A stretch of DNA of 64,000 nt from an uncultured Nitrosopumilales archaeon (GTDB lineage: Archaea > Thermoproteota > Nitrososphaeria > Nitrososphaerales > UBA213): positions 6,530-70,529 of the forward strand of contig CAYJSN010000007.1 of NCBI GenBank assembly GCA_964373125.1, in the 5' to 3' direction. Below, piece after piece: positions 8,586 through 17,550 of this stretch (positions are counted from its first letter, which is position 1; each line of letters opens with the position of its first letter). The notes beneath the pieces are model-generated. The model made no database searches. It saw only the letters and a list, made by a program, of their open reading frames with translations, and was not told where the DNA came from. The translations under genes were made by a program, and so were the position numbers.

Positions 8586-9947
8586 TTGATAACCAACAAG
8601 CGAGAACTGCTCCGTTCTCAAACCCGCAGGAAAGCAAGGATGCTGGTGCTTGGAGCTTTGGAGGCAGCTCTTACCGCTGCCGATGCTCGAAGTGCGATTA
8701 AAAGACACGCGAGTGTGAGCGGGAATGCGCTCAAGATAAACCATGAACACGTCCAGCTCTCGAACATTGACTCGATCTACGTAATTGGTGCCGGAAAGGC
8801 TTCAGGACATATGGCAGAGGCGCTCTCCGAGATCCTTGGCGACAGGATAAGCGGCGGTCTGGTGATCGTGCCCGATTATCTTCGAACCAGACTGAGGACC
8901 GGCAGGATCCAACTCTTGAAGGGAGCCCACCCGATTCCAGATCACAGGTCGGTTAGGAGCACGATAGCAATGCTCGATCTTGTGCGCGGTGCAGACAGAA
9001 AGGATCTTGTGGTATGCCTGATATCTGGCGGTGGTTCTGCTCTGATGGCCATGCCCTATGGAGGTCTCACGATCGAGGATAAACAATCGATAACCAGCGA
9101 TCTTCTGAGGTCGGGGGCAACCATCCAGGAACTCAACCGCGTGAGAAAACATCTCTCGGCAGTGAAGGGAGGACGGCTGGCAGAATTGCTGCAAAGGCCA
9201 CGTATCATATCGCTTATCATCTCTGATGTAGTTGGCGACAGACTCGACACAGTAGCATCGGGACCTACCGTTCCGGACAGCACCACGTTCAGGGATGCGC
9301 TCTATGTCCTGAAGAAGTACGGCCTCTGGCGATCTGTTGACCGGAAGGTCAGGCACATTATAACGATGGGCGAGTCGGGGAAGATACCCGAGACACCAAA
9401 GCCTGGAAGTAGAGTGTTCAGGAATGTGAAGAACTTCCTGATCGGGAACAACAGAACCGCATGCGAGGCCGCGGTGAACTATTTAGAAAACAAAGGCATC
9501 AAAGCGTCGATCCTCATGACCTCCCTGCAGGGCGAGGCAAGGAATGTGGGTGTGGCTGTGTCGTCTCTAGCAAATATGATTGTCCGGGATCAGAATGCGA
9601 GGCCGGTCGCCGTAGTAATGGGGGGTGAGACCACGGTGAGAGTCAGGAGAAAAGGAATTGGGGGAAGGAATCAGGAGCTGGTGCTCTCGGCCTGCAGGGG
9701 CATCGGCGATCTTGGCAATACAGTTGTGGCCTCGATGGGTACCGACGGGATCGATGGCAACTCCGATGCGGCTGGCGCGATAGCCGATTCTCTTACCCTG
9801 CAGAGGGCGGTGAGGCTGAAGCTTGACCCACACCGCTTCCTCCGCAACAACGACTCCAACACCTTCTTCACGAAGCTGGGCGATACTATCCTTACGGGTT
9901 CCACAGGGACGAACGTGAACGACATAGTCATACTTCTGTGCTTATAG
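8586..9947 (+). CDS. Glycerate 2-kinase / hydroxypyruvate reductase-like (DUF4147 + MOFRL family)
   Basis: 453 aa. GAGKASGHMA, LISGGGSALM and VKGGRLA N-domain blocks. C-terminal GGETTV...GGRNQE...GTDGIDG... block typical of MOFRL. TTG start with TTTTATA about 25 nt upstream. Confidence 0.8.
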   Translation: MITNKRELLRSQTRRKARMLVLGALEAALTAADARSAIKRHASVSGNALKINHEHVQLSNIDSIYVIGAGKASGHMAEALSEILGDRISGGLVIVPDYLRTRLRTGRIQLLKGAHPIPDHRSVRSTIAMLDLVRGADRKDLVVCLISGGGSALMAMPYGGLTIEDKQSITSDLLRSGATIQELNRVRKHLSAVKGGRLAELLQRPRIISLIISDVVGDRLDTVASGPTVPDSTTFRDALYVLKKYGLWRSVDRKVRHIITMGESGKIPETPKPGSRVFRNVKNFLIGNNRTACEAAVNYLENKGIKASILMTSLQGEARNVGVAVSSLANMIVRDQNARPVAVVMGGETTVRVRRKGIGGRNQELVLSACRGIGDLGNTVVASMGTDGIDGNSDAAGAIADSLTLQRAVRLKLDPHRFLRNNDSNTFFTKLGDTILTGSTGTNVNDIVILLCL

Positions 9948-10046
9948 GTCCGTGTGTTCCTGATCCAAAATGTTTGTTACCTAGCTGGAAGCGTCTCCAT
10001 CTGACTGGTAAGCATTTAATAAACAAGATTCGGAATAAAGATCGAG

Positions 10047-10427
10047 TTGAACAAGAAGCTGGTCCTGAAGCGTGAGGTGGTGGACAGCATCCTCTCCTTC
10101 TGCAAGATGCACCACCCGAACGAGGCCATACTGGTTCTCTGCGGCACGAGCAAGAAGGACGCGCTCGTGATAGACAAGCTGATGGTTCCGCCGATGTCCG
10201 AGTACGGTCCCTACTACTCGGGCTTCCCGATATACATGCTTCCGCTGGACAACTCGATCGTTGGAACCGCGCATTCGCACCCCAGCGGGAACCCGGAGCC
10301 GTCGCTGACGGACCTGCACCACTTCACGGGGCTGGTCAGCATCATTGTCAGATACCCGTACGAAGACAACGACGTCTTTGCCTACGATGTCAACGGAAGC
10401 GAGCTGGAATATTCCCTGCAGGACTGA
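10047..10427 (+). CDS. Stand-alone JAB/MPN (JAMM) metalloprotease domain protein
   Basis: 126 aa. JAMM motif AHSHPSGNPEPSLTDL (HxHx7Sx2D) plus an upstream Glu (HHPNEAILVL). TTG start. Confidence 0.85.
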   Translation: MNKKLVLKREVVDSILSFCKMHHPNEAILVLCGTSKKDALVIDKLMVPPMSEYGPYYSGFPIYMLPLDNSIVGTAHSHPSGNPEPSLTDLHHFTGLVSIIVRYPYEDNDVFAYDVNGSELEYSLQD

Positions 10428-10501
10428 TAGCTGAAATTTCCGAAAGTGCGGCGCTATTCTTAAAAAGATTTAATAACGCGCCTGACCTCACGAGAAATCC
10501 A

Positions 10502-10768
10502 ATGAGATATTACACTCGCATGATTTCTGTTCTCCTGGTCTCGATGGCCGTGAGCATGGCGCTCACGTGGTTCTTCGGCTTCTTTGTCGGCCTGGCCGTG
10601 ACGTTCGCGATCTTCATCCTGTTCTCCATGTACATGCGCAGGCGCAGCCTGGGCTACCCCACCGGGATACTCAGCGGTGTAAACTACATCTGCATCGCCT
10701 GCGGCCACCGGTTCAAGGGCGGCGAGTGCCCTAGGTGCGGCTCTAGGATGAGACGGGCCGAGTTCTAG
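10502..10768 (+). CDS. Small membrane protein with C-terminal zinc ribbon (paralog B)
   Basis: 88 aa. Same architecture as 7778..8053, ending YICIACGHRFKGGECPRCGSRMRRAEF. Confidence 0.65.
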   Translation: MRYYTRMISVLLVSMAVSMALTWFFGFFVGLAVTFAIFILFSMYMRRRSLGYPTGILSGVNYICIACGHRFKGGECPRCGSRMRRAEF

Positions 10769-10803
10769 AGAATATCTTTTAATTTGGTTCAGGTGGTGTT
10801 ACC

Positions 10804-11127
10804 ATGTTGCTCGAAGAGCTCAGAACGAAGGCGTTATTCCAGAACACGGTCGATGTCTGGATAATGCTCTGCAATGAGAGGAACACGGAATGGTACGATA
10901 TCGATGCCTACAGGAAGTTCGTGAGCCACCTGATTAAGAACGACCTGAAGATGACCAAGTTCCCGCTCTGCATAAAGGAGAGCGGGGGCATGTACGAGCG
11001 GGGGAGGGACAAGGCCAAGTTCCTAGACGACCTCTCCAAGATATCGTCCGATGACGCGATGGCATATACCGTGAAGCTGGACGACAGGGCCCTCCAAGTC
11101 ATAAGATCCTTCAGCCCCGATTCCTGA
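10804..11127 (+). CDS. Hypothetical protein
   Basis: 107-aa ORF with ordinary soluble-protein composition that fills the gap between neighbours. No motif recognised. Confidence 0.45.
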   Translation: MLLEELRTKALFQNTVDVWIMLCNERNTEWYDIDAYRKFVSHLIKNDLKMTKFPLCIKESGGMYERGRDKAKFLDDLSKISSDDAMAYTVKLDDRALQVIRSFSPDS

Positions 11128-11131
11128 CCGG

Positions 11132-14116
11132 TCAGCCCGTCCTTATCCTGAACATCGCATACCTGTAAAACAGCCTTGCTGAGATCAGGGCTCCGGCTAT
11201 AAGCGTGGAAAGCACAAGCATGCTCGTGCTGGCCATAAGCAGTGCGGCGCTGCTGGAAAGCATACCCATGACGACCAAGATTGTGGCAGTGACCACCGCA
11301 AGCAGCGGGATTCGCAGAGATATTTCACTGCGCCTGATTATCCTCACTGCCAGAGATAAGGGCAGGAAGTAGAGCGCGCCGATCAGAAAACTTGCCCCGA
11401 GTCCTGCGGCAACGGCGCCGACCTCGCCTCCGAAGGATATATGTATCTTCTCAGAGACCAGCAGTATTCCTATCAGCGGGTAGATCGATCCCCTAACCGC
11501 CTGCTGCATCCAGGAGTTGCTTCGCTCGTAGTCGGCGACCTGCGGGCTGAAGGAGTAGTACCACGCGTTGAAGACGTTCATGAAGCTCGAGCCGGCAGCG
11601 GTCGAGAGAATCATATCATCCCTGAAGCTGCGGAGAAACCGCACCTGCGGGCTGAGCTCGGAGCCAAAGGCGGCGGTGGCTATGAGACAGCCTGATGGAG
11701 GTTGCGGTAGCGGGCCCTGCCCGTCAGTGTCTGGCGTAGTCACGGGCACGAGCTCATCCGAAAGTCCCACCAGGCTGGTGCCGTAAATGTCCGGGCGGAG
11801 GGCAAGGTTGCTTACCGCAAGCATCTTTAGCTCGTGGGAGCCGACGGAAAGCCTTTCGGTGTCGTCCTTCGATAACGGTATCTGAAAGCCGCCGTCCCTA
11901 GCGGGGATCACGCCGCCGCGCAGGACCACCTTTCCGCCGCTGTCCTTCACGAAGTAGTAGAGGTTGACGTCCCTGCTCGGGTCGCCGTCGATCCTGACGG
12001 TGCCCGATATCACGGCCTCCGAGCCTCTGACTACGGTCAGCGGCACGTCCGCGTTGTATATCGTGGCAACCTTGGCTTCCTCGAACTCCTTCCACCTGCC
12101 CACCTCGTAGGGGTAGGAATCATCCCTGAAGGCTCTCACCGTGATGCTCCTGGCCTCGGGGTTGTAGTTCTGCAGGTAAAACGGGCCGTTGCTTATAACC
12201 GCGTGCTTCTTCTCGTCTATCCATCTTATGGCAGCCTCGTACCTTGCCAGGGCCTCCTCCTCGCTTACCGAATCCTTGAGGTCGGCGGGGACGAATCTCT
12301 CACGCTTAAAGTCCTCCAGCGTCTTCCTCACCATCTGCGCGTTGCTCGATATTATCAGCGACAGCCAGTCCACGTTCTTCGCGTCGGCCGCGGATTTGGA
12401 GAACGCGGCCTCGCCGTTGAGCACGATCCTCTCCATGGCTGCCATTATCTCCCAAGGCATGCTGCTCCAGACGGCACCGTAGTCGGCGATCTCGCCCTCG
12501 TCGAAGTGCCAGTAATCGAAGTAGACCTCGACCCGGTCGTCCGACAGGAACCTGTAGCCTTTGAGCGTCGCAACCAGAGGTTCGGTCGTCGAAGTATATT
12601 CCGGATCGACCGTGCGGTCGTCGTCGCCCTCGGTCGTGCCCCACTCATGGGTGAAGTAGATCGCGTGTAGAATATCGTTCACGTCCATCGTTACGCCGTG
12701 GTGCCAGTTGCTGTAGGTCAGGTCGTACGTCGTCTTGCTGGTGGCCGTGACGCCGTCCCCCACAGCGGCCCATTTCTCATTGACTGGCTCCCAGATGATC
12801 GCGTCTGCCGGTACTGCGAGCTTCCCCTCCGGTCCGGCTGTCTGGACCTCGAACTCGGTCCTGACAGGTATCACGTCCCCCGTGTACGGGTTCCTGAAGG
12901 TGCCCGGGTCGATGAGCACGCCCCAGATCCTGCTCGCATAAACGTCCCTGAACCCGCCTATCGGATTCCACGCCCCTTGGTAGATCTGCTTCACTCCCAC
13001 CTTGAGATCCCGCTCGTCCGGAGTCCTGCCCTCGATGAGTGTGAACCTGCTTGTCACACCGGCGCTGAAATCGTTGACGACGCCGTCCAGATCTGACGCC
13101 GTGATGTACGGATCAACCAAGCTAGCAATGAATATCCTTACAGATTCACTGATCCCGAGCTTCACGGCCTCGCCCAAGAGCTGGTCCCGCTCCTCCTTGG
13201 TTGTGAAGTTGCCCGTGAAGATGCGCTGCGTTACCTCGTCCAGCTCCGGGTTCTCATAGTTCCAGAACCCCGGTATCTGGAAGCCCGGCATCTGCGCGAA
13301 CCACGGCGCGTACATCTGTGCTGTTTGAGAGGTATCGTAGCGCACAAAGGCGGACCTGCCGGCCCAGCCCTCCGTATAGATGTGCCATCCCTGGAGTTTG
13401 GGATCCGAGCCGTAAACTACGGTGAAGGCCTTGTTCAGGTCGCCTACGTCCTTGCTAACAGTAAAGCCAATCCGCTCCAGCTCGGATGTGAGCAGCTCGC
13501 CTATGGCATTCCTTCTAGGGTCGTCGCTGCGTATCATGAACTTCACCACGATCGGCTTCTCGTTAAAGAACCACCTGTCATTTTTCTTCACAGCGCCGTG
13601 CGAGGTCAGAGCATCGGAGATCATCTTATCTGCAAGCCGGGGGTTGTAGCTGAAGCCGACCGACTCGATAGCATCCAATAGGACAAGGTAGTCGGGATCA
13701 AATATGCTGAACGCAGATGGCATGGGCGCACCGAAGCCCTTCAGTATCTCGTTGACGATGAGCTGCCTGTCTATCAGGTAGTTCATCGCGTACCTGACCT
13801 CCTTTATCGAGAAGGGGTTAAGGCCCTCGTCCGCCGGTGCCGGGTTCAGGAGTATGCTGAGGGAGCCGCCGACAGATTCGTAGACCCTGACCCTGTGGTC
13901 CTCCTTTGTGGACTGTACCAGTTCGAGCGGCATCCTGAAGAGGTAGAGGTCGAGGTTCCCTGCCTTTACTTCTTGAACGGCGACGCTCTCGTCCAGGTAG
14001 TGTATGAACTGGATCTGGTCGATGTACGATCCTTTATCGGTCTCCGCGCCCGCGTTCTGGTACAGCGGAGAGATCAGCGTGACGAGCAGAAGCACTGCCG
14101 GGATAAGACGTTTCAT
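11132..14116 (-). CDS. Large extracellular solute-binding-protein family 5-like protein with C-terminal Cys-motif and polytopic membrane domain
   Basis: Likely start is ATG 14116 (MKRLIPAVLLLVTLISPLY signal peptide); the longest ORF starts at 14167. The N-terminal ~500 aa resemble ABC peptide/nickel SBP family 5 (DLYLF..., NPAPADEGLNPF, VRYAMNYLIDRQ, GWHIYTEGW). The C-terminus has GCLIATAAFGSELSPQVRFLRSFRD followed by several hydrophobic helices. Confidence 0.6.
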   Translation of the reverse strand: MKRLIPAVLLLVTLISPLYQNAGAETDKGSYIDQIQFIHYLDESVAVQEVKAGNLDLYLFRMPLELVQSTKEDHRVRVYESVGGSLSILLNPAPADEGLNPFSIKEVRYAMNYLIDRQLIVNEILKGFGAPMPSAFSIFDPDYLVLLDAIESVGFSYNPRLADKMISDALTSHGAVKKNDRWFFNEKPIVVKFMIRSDDPRRNAIGELLTSELERIGFTVSKDVGDLNKAFTVVYGSDPKLQGWHIYTEGWAGRSAFVRYDTSQTAQMYAPWFAQMPGFQIPGFWNYENPELDEVTQRIFTGNFTTKEERDQLLGEAVKLGISESVRIFIASLVDPYITASDLDGVVNDFSAGVTSRFTLIEGRTPDERDLKVGVKQIYQGAWNPIGGFRDVYASRIWGVLIDPGTFRNPYTGDVIPVRTEFEVQTAGPEGKLAVPADAIIWEPVNEKWAAVGDGVTATSKTTYDLTYSNWHHGVTMDVNDILHAIYFTHEWGTTEGDDDRTVDPEYTSTTEPLVATLKGYRFLSDDRVEVYFDYWHFDEGEIADYGAVWSSMPWEIMAAMERIVLNGEAAFSKSAADAKNVDWLSLIISSNAQMVRKTLEDFKRERFVPADLKDSVSEEEALARYEAAIRWIDEKKHAVISNGPFYLQNYNPEARSITVRAFRDDSYPYEVGRWKEFEEAKVATIYNADVPLTVVRGSEAVISGTVRIDGDPSRDVNLYYFVKDSGGKVVLRGGVIPARDGGFQIPLSKDDTERLSVGSHELKMLAVSNLALRPDIYGTSLVGLSDELVPVTTPDTDGQGPLPQPPSGCLIATAAFGSELSPQVRFLRSFRDDMILSTAAGSSFMNVFNAWYYSFSPQVADYERSNSWMQQAVRGSIYPLIGILLVSEKIHISFGGEVGAVAAGLGASFLIGALYFLPLSLAVRIIRRSEISLRIPLLAVVTATILVVMGMLSSSAALLMASTSMLVLSTLIAGALISARLFYRYAMFRIRTG

Positions 14117-14373
14117 TAACAAGTCTTTGCCCTGCAGTGTTAATATTCCTTGTTCCGGAATTTGCAAAAAGGGTGATCCCTGCCTATAGGATCAATGTGC
14201 ACGCCCGCGCTTGGGTTTGATATAGGGGGCTTTCAAATACTCTGCAGGATTCACAACCCGTCCTTGAGATGTATGCAAATTATGCTGATGCCGTAAAGAT
14301 GGTTTGAGGAATTGCAAACTTTGCTTATTTTGTGTGCAGCTAATTTTAATATCTGCGGCGAATCTCTACCCTG

Positions 14374-15024
14374 TTGAACCCGTCGCTTGTGCTGAAAGTC
14401 ATCCCCGCAATAAATGGGGGCCGGCTCTCGCTTGACGAATTCGCGCTCGCCACGGGCCTGGGCAACAGGGTCTCCAATGAATTGCTTGTGTTCCTTGCAA
14501 GGAACGGCGTTGGCGTTCTTGATCCGGACCATGTCGATTTCGAACCCTTGGACAGGATGCGTGCAGCTATACTTGCGGTGCGGATTGGAGCCGACCTGGA
14601 GGAACTCTCCAGGGTGCTCGACTGGAAGGATTTCGAGGTTCTGGCCGCGAAGATGCTCGAGGCAGGCGGATACACTACACACCACGCTTTCAGGCTGAGG
14701 AAGCCGAGGGCGGAGGTCGACGTTATCGGGATCAGGGACGGACTAGCACTCCTGGTGGACTGCAAGCACTGGAAGCGCGCGGCTCCATCTGAGCTCAGGA
14801 GGTTTGCTTCGATGCAGACGGAGCGGGCTCAGGCCTTCGTCGGAGCCAACAAGAAGATCGGAAACGAGATTGTGCTGAAGGCTGTGCCGGCTATACTGAC
14901 ACTGCATTCCGAGTCGGTTGATTTCGCCGACGGTGTGCCCGTGATCCCGGTAACAAAGTTCAGGTCGTTTTTGAATGAGATGCCTGGCTACCTTGACAGG
15001 ATGCGGCTGGTCTCTGCCGTGTGA
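14374..15024 (+). CDS. wHTH + PD-(D/E)xK restriction-endonuclease-like (Mrr_cat/NERD-like) protein
   Basis: 216 aa. N-terminal LSLDEFALATGLGNRVSNELLVFLARNG looks like a wHTH. The core AEVDVIGIRDGLALLVDCKHWKR fits D...(D/E)xK. TTG start with AT-rich TAATTTTAATAT about 25 nt upstream. Confidence 0.55.
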   Translation: MNPSLVLKVIPAINGGRLSLDEFALATGLGNRVSNELLVFLARNGVGVLDPDHVDFEPLDRMRAAILAVRIGADLEELSRVLDWKDFEVLAAKMLEAGGYTTHHAFRLRKPRAEVDVIGIRDGLALLVDCKHWKRAAPSELRRFASMQTERAQAFVGANKKIGNEIVLKAVPAILTLHSESVDFADGVPVIPVTKFRSFLNEMPGYLDRMRLVSAV

Positions 15025-15025
15025 A

Positions 15026-16783
15026 CTAGACCACCAGCATCGCGATATACACTGCTACCGTTGCGCCCAGTGAAACCTTCGTGGCATTCAGGGCCCTGTC
15101 AAGCGCGCTCGAGTAATCCTCGAACTGTTCCTCGCCCATTATCTTCACCTCGGACGATGCCCCGACCAGGTCGTACTCTGCGTCCCCGGCCCTGGCGTGG
15201 GCGCGCCTTGACATCTCCAGGTACCACCTGCCGGCCGCCTCGGACGGCGTCAGACTCCCGAACGTAAAGTAGCCCGTCCTGTTCCTAGCGCTGCCCGATG
15301 TGAAGTGGGTGTCCGAGGTGCAGACCTCCACCATCGATGTGTCGTTCTTCTCTAGGTGTGAGAGGATGTTCTCCCTCATCCCCCTCGCCATGTTGTTCGA
15401 GTCGGCCCAGCCTATCGCAAATGATCTCTCGCCGATCCTGAACGCCATTACGCCCATGCCGGCCGGTCCCACATCGTCGGTGCTCGCGGCGATCTCCGAT
15501 GAATGACAGAAACCGAACTTGAAGGGATGCTGCGGCTTCTTCACGAGCTCGTCCAGCGCGATCCTACAGGCCTTCACTATGTCGAGAACCTCGTCCCCCT
15601 CCAGGTGTTCGCCCATCGAGTTGTGCGTGTCAACGACGAGCGCGTGGCTGAACCCGCTGCTCCTGGCGTGCTCCTCTACCTCCCTCCGCACGACCTCCGG
15701 CACGTCCTCCATGCCGTGCGGTGCCATCGAGATCATCAGCATCGCAACCCTGCCAAAGGCAAGCCCGGTCACGCGGGCCTTGTTGACCTGTATGACGATC
15801 GGCTCGGTGCATTTCCTGCCATGCTCGAACGATTCCTGCTCGTTCAGGCTGCTGAGGTAGCGCTCCACCTGCCTCCTGGATGGAAGGTTCAGCGCGTGGT
15901 CAGAGACACTGTGCATCACGACGGCATTAATCGAGTCCTTCGAGTAGGCCCTGTATATCTCGTAGGGAAGGTTGCTGCCGCCCACCGGGTAGAACGGCCC
16001 GGGGTGCACGTCGGGAAGAACTATGAGCGACCTTGCTCCGGGCGTGATGAAGGCCAGCGAGTAGGTGCTGACACTGGACTCGCGGGCCCTGCCCTCCATT
16101 ATCGTCTCCATCGACGCCGGGTTCTTCTCAGTCCACGCGAGCAGGTACGCCTGTAATAGTTTGAATGTACTTTGCACCCCCGGCCTCCCCACCCTGTCCG
16201 CGATGACCGACCAGACTATGGAGATGCCGACCAGAGCAAGCCCGAACCCCAGGCCGGCTGGGCTGGTGAGGTAAACTGGTATCTCTCCAATGGACATGAG
16301 AGACGCGAAGACCATCAGCGGCAGGATCGGCGAGATTGCCATGCTCCTGGCCAGGCCGGCGCCGAAGACCGAGTTGAATACCACGATCCTGAACCCGACA
16401 GCAAGCAGCATTCCCTGAACTATGACGTGCGGGCCTAGCTCGGCCCTGCCGAAGACCGCTGCCGAGGCTATACCGAGCGCCACCGTGAGCAGCCAGAGCA
16501 TTGATGTAAAGGCTGCAGTATGATATACCTTGGCGGGTTTCGTGACCGGCAGGCCCCTGAGCAAAGCCAGGTCAATCATCATCCCGGCGTACAGAACCCC
16601 GAGCGAGATCGGGATCACAAACATCAGGTCCTGCGGATCCAGGCCGAGGTAAGTGATGTGCGAGAGCGCCACCACTAGGGAGATGCACGAAAAAGAGATA
16701 AGAAGCGATGTTTTGTACGACGCCGGGTTTACGCGTGTCAGGTAAAACCGTCTGTGGATCCGGCCTACCGACTCGTCGCTCAT
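15026..16783 (-). CDS. Archaeal polytopic membrane protein with large soluble C-domain (probably DUF2070 family)
   Basis: 585 aa. About 6 N-terminal TM helices, a soluble domain (VHPGPFYPVGGSNLPYEIY, DTHNSMGE, TSDTHF) and a terminal TM helix. The family name is from memory only. Confidence 0.45.
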   Translation of the reverse strand: MSDESVGRIHRRFYLTRVNPASYKTSLLISFSCISLVVALSHITYLGLDPQDLMFVIPISLGVLYAGMMIDLALLRGLPVTKPAKVYHTAAFTSMLWLLTVALGIASAAVFGRAELGPHVIVQGMLLAVGFRIVVFNSVFGAGLARSMAISPILPLMVFASLMSIGEIPVYLTSPAGLGFGLALVGISIVWSVIADRVGRPGVQSTFKLLQAYLLAWTEKNPASMETIMEGRARESSVSTYSLAFITPGARSLIVLPDVHPGPFYPVGGSNLPYEIYRAYSKDSINAVVMHSVSDHALNLPSRRQVERYLSSLNEQESFEHGRKCTEPIVIQVNKARVTGLAFGRVAMLMISMAPHGMEDVPEVVRREVEEHARSSGFSHALVVDTHNSMGEHLEGDEVLDIVKACRIALDELVKKPQHPFKFGFCHSSEIAASTDDVGPAGMGVMAFRIGERSFAIGWADSNNMARGMRENILSHLEKNDTSMVEVCTSDTHFTSGSARNRTGYFTFGSLTPSEAAGRWYLEMSRRAHARAGDAEYDLVGASSEVKIMGEEQFEDYSSALDRALNATKVSLGATVAVYIAMLVV

Positions 16784-16790
16784 ACTGATT

Positions 16791-16964
16791 CTATACCGGG
16801 AAGATTATCTTTATCAGCAGCGATACCGCGATCAGCGCCCCCGCGATGCCGAAGACTATCTCGGGCCGTATCTTTATCCCCTTCGTCTCGTCCTCGAAGA
16901 ATCGCAGCAGTCCAGCGCTCGACGCAGGCAATGGGGCCTGGCGTTTGTTTCTTCTCGAGCTCAT
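16791..16964 (-). CDS. sec61b: Preprotein translocase subunit Sec61-beta (archaeal SecG)
   Basis: 57-aa ORF below the track cutoff, from my own translation: MSSRRNKRQAPLPASSAGLLRFFEDETKGIKIRPEIVFGIAGALIAVSLLIKIIFPV. The SAGLxRFF-DE-xxGIKIxP motif plus a tail anchor is the Sec61-beta signature. The listed 16780..16977 ORF is a different frame. Confidence 0.8.
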   Translation of the reverse strand: MSSRRNKRQAPLPASSAGLLRFFEDETKGIKIRPEIVFGIAGALIAVSLLIKIIFPV

Positions 16965-17018
16965 CGATATCGAGCATGCTTTATCGTTATAGAATAAATA
17001 CCTTACTATCTAGATCTA

Positions 17019-17405
17019 TTAACTAGGTATCTTCTCGAGAATCTCCAGATAGCCGATTAGGAGCTTCGTAAGCTCGCGCTGCTTCTCCAGATCGCGCTCG
17101 GATCTGAGGATGGGCAGGAGCTCGCTGATCTTTGCCGTGACCGTCTTCCTTAATTCGCCTATGACCTCGGCCGGGGCCTCGGCCTTGCTCTCTGCGGCTG
17201 CCTCTTCCTTGGGCTGCGGGGCCTCTGTAATCTCCCTGCCGCAGCTCACGCAGACTATCTTTCCGGCGTACTTCACCTGGACGCCCTTGCACGCGCTGCA
17301 CGGCTCCTCGATCAGAGTGCCTCCCTTCCGCAGGAGTTCTGCCGCCGTGGTCAGTCTTTCCTTGCTCAACCTGCGATCTATTCTACAGGGCGATTTAAAA
17401 GCCAT
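17019..17405 (-). CDS. Zn-ribbon protein, autoantigen-p27/UPF0148-like
   Basis: 128 aa. ELLRKGGTLIEEPCSACKGVQVKYAGKIVCVSCG (CxxC...CxxC), followed by a charged helical tail. Confidence 0.55.
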   Translation of the reverse strand: MAFKSPCRIDRRLSKERLTTAAELLRKGGTLIEEPCSACKGVQVKYAGKIVCVSCGREITEAPQPKEEAAAESKAEAPAEVIGELRKTVTAKISELLPILRSERDLEKQRELTKLLIGYLEILEKIPS

Positions 17406-17550
17406 CCGAGCATGCAGGCTGAGGTTAAGAATGAAACCGCCAGCATGTTAATATGAGATATTAAATATTGGTGCACATCGCGAACTTCTGCCAAATAATT
17501 TTCACCAAATGAGGTAAGGCTTAATAATAGGAACAGCCACGTCATTCACG

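Noticed and set aside
14251-14765. Minus-strand ORFs 14251..14685 and 14346..14765 opposite the wHTH-nuclease gene.
   Set aside because: They overlap each other and the plus-strand gene that carries a clear D...DxK motif. Their translations are Ser/Pro/Arg-rich and featureless.
16780-16977. Track ORF of 65 aa (MLDIDELEKKQTPGP...).
   Set aside because: It is the wrong frame. The adjacent frame encodes a textbook Sec61-beta (see feature 16791..16964).
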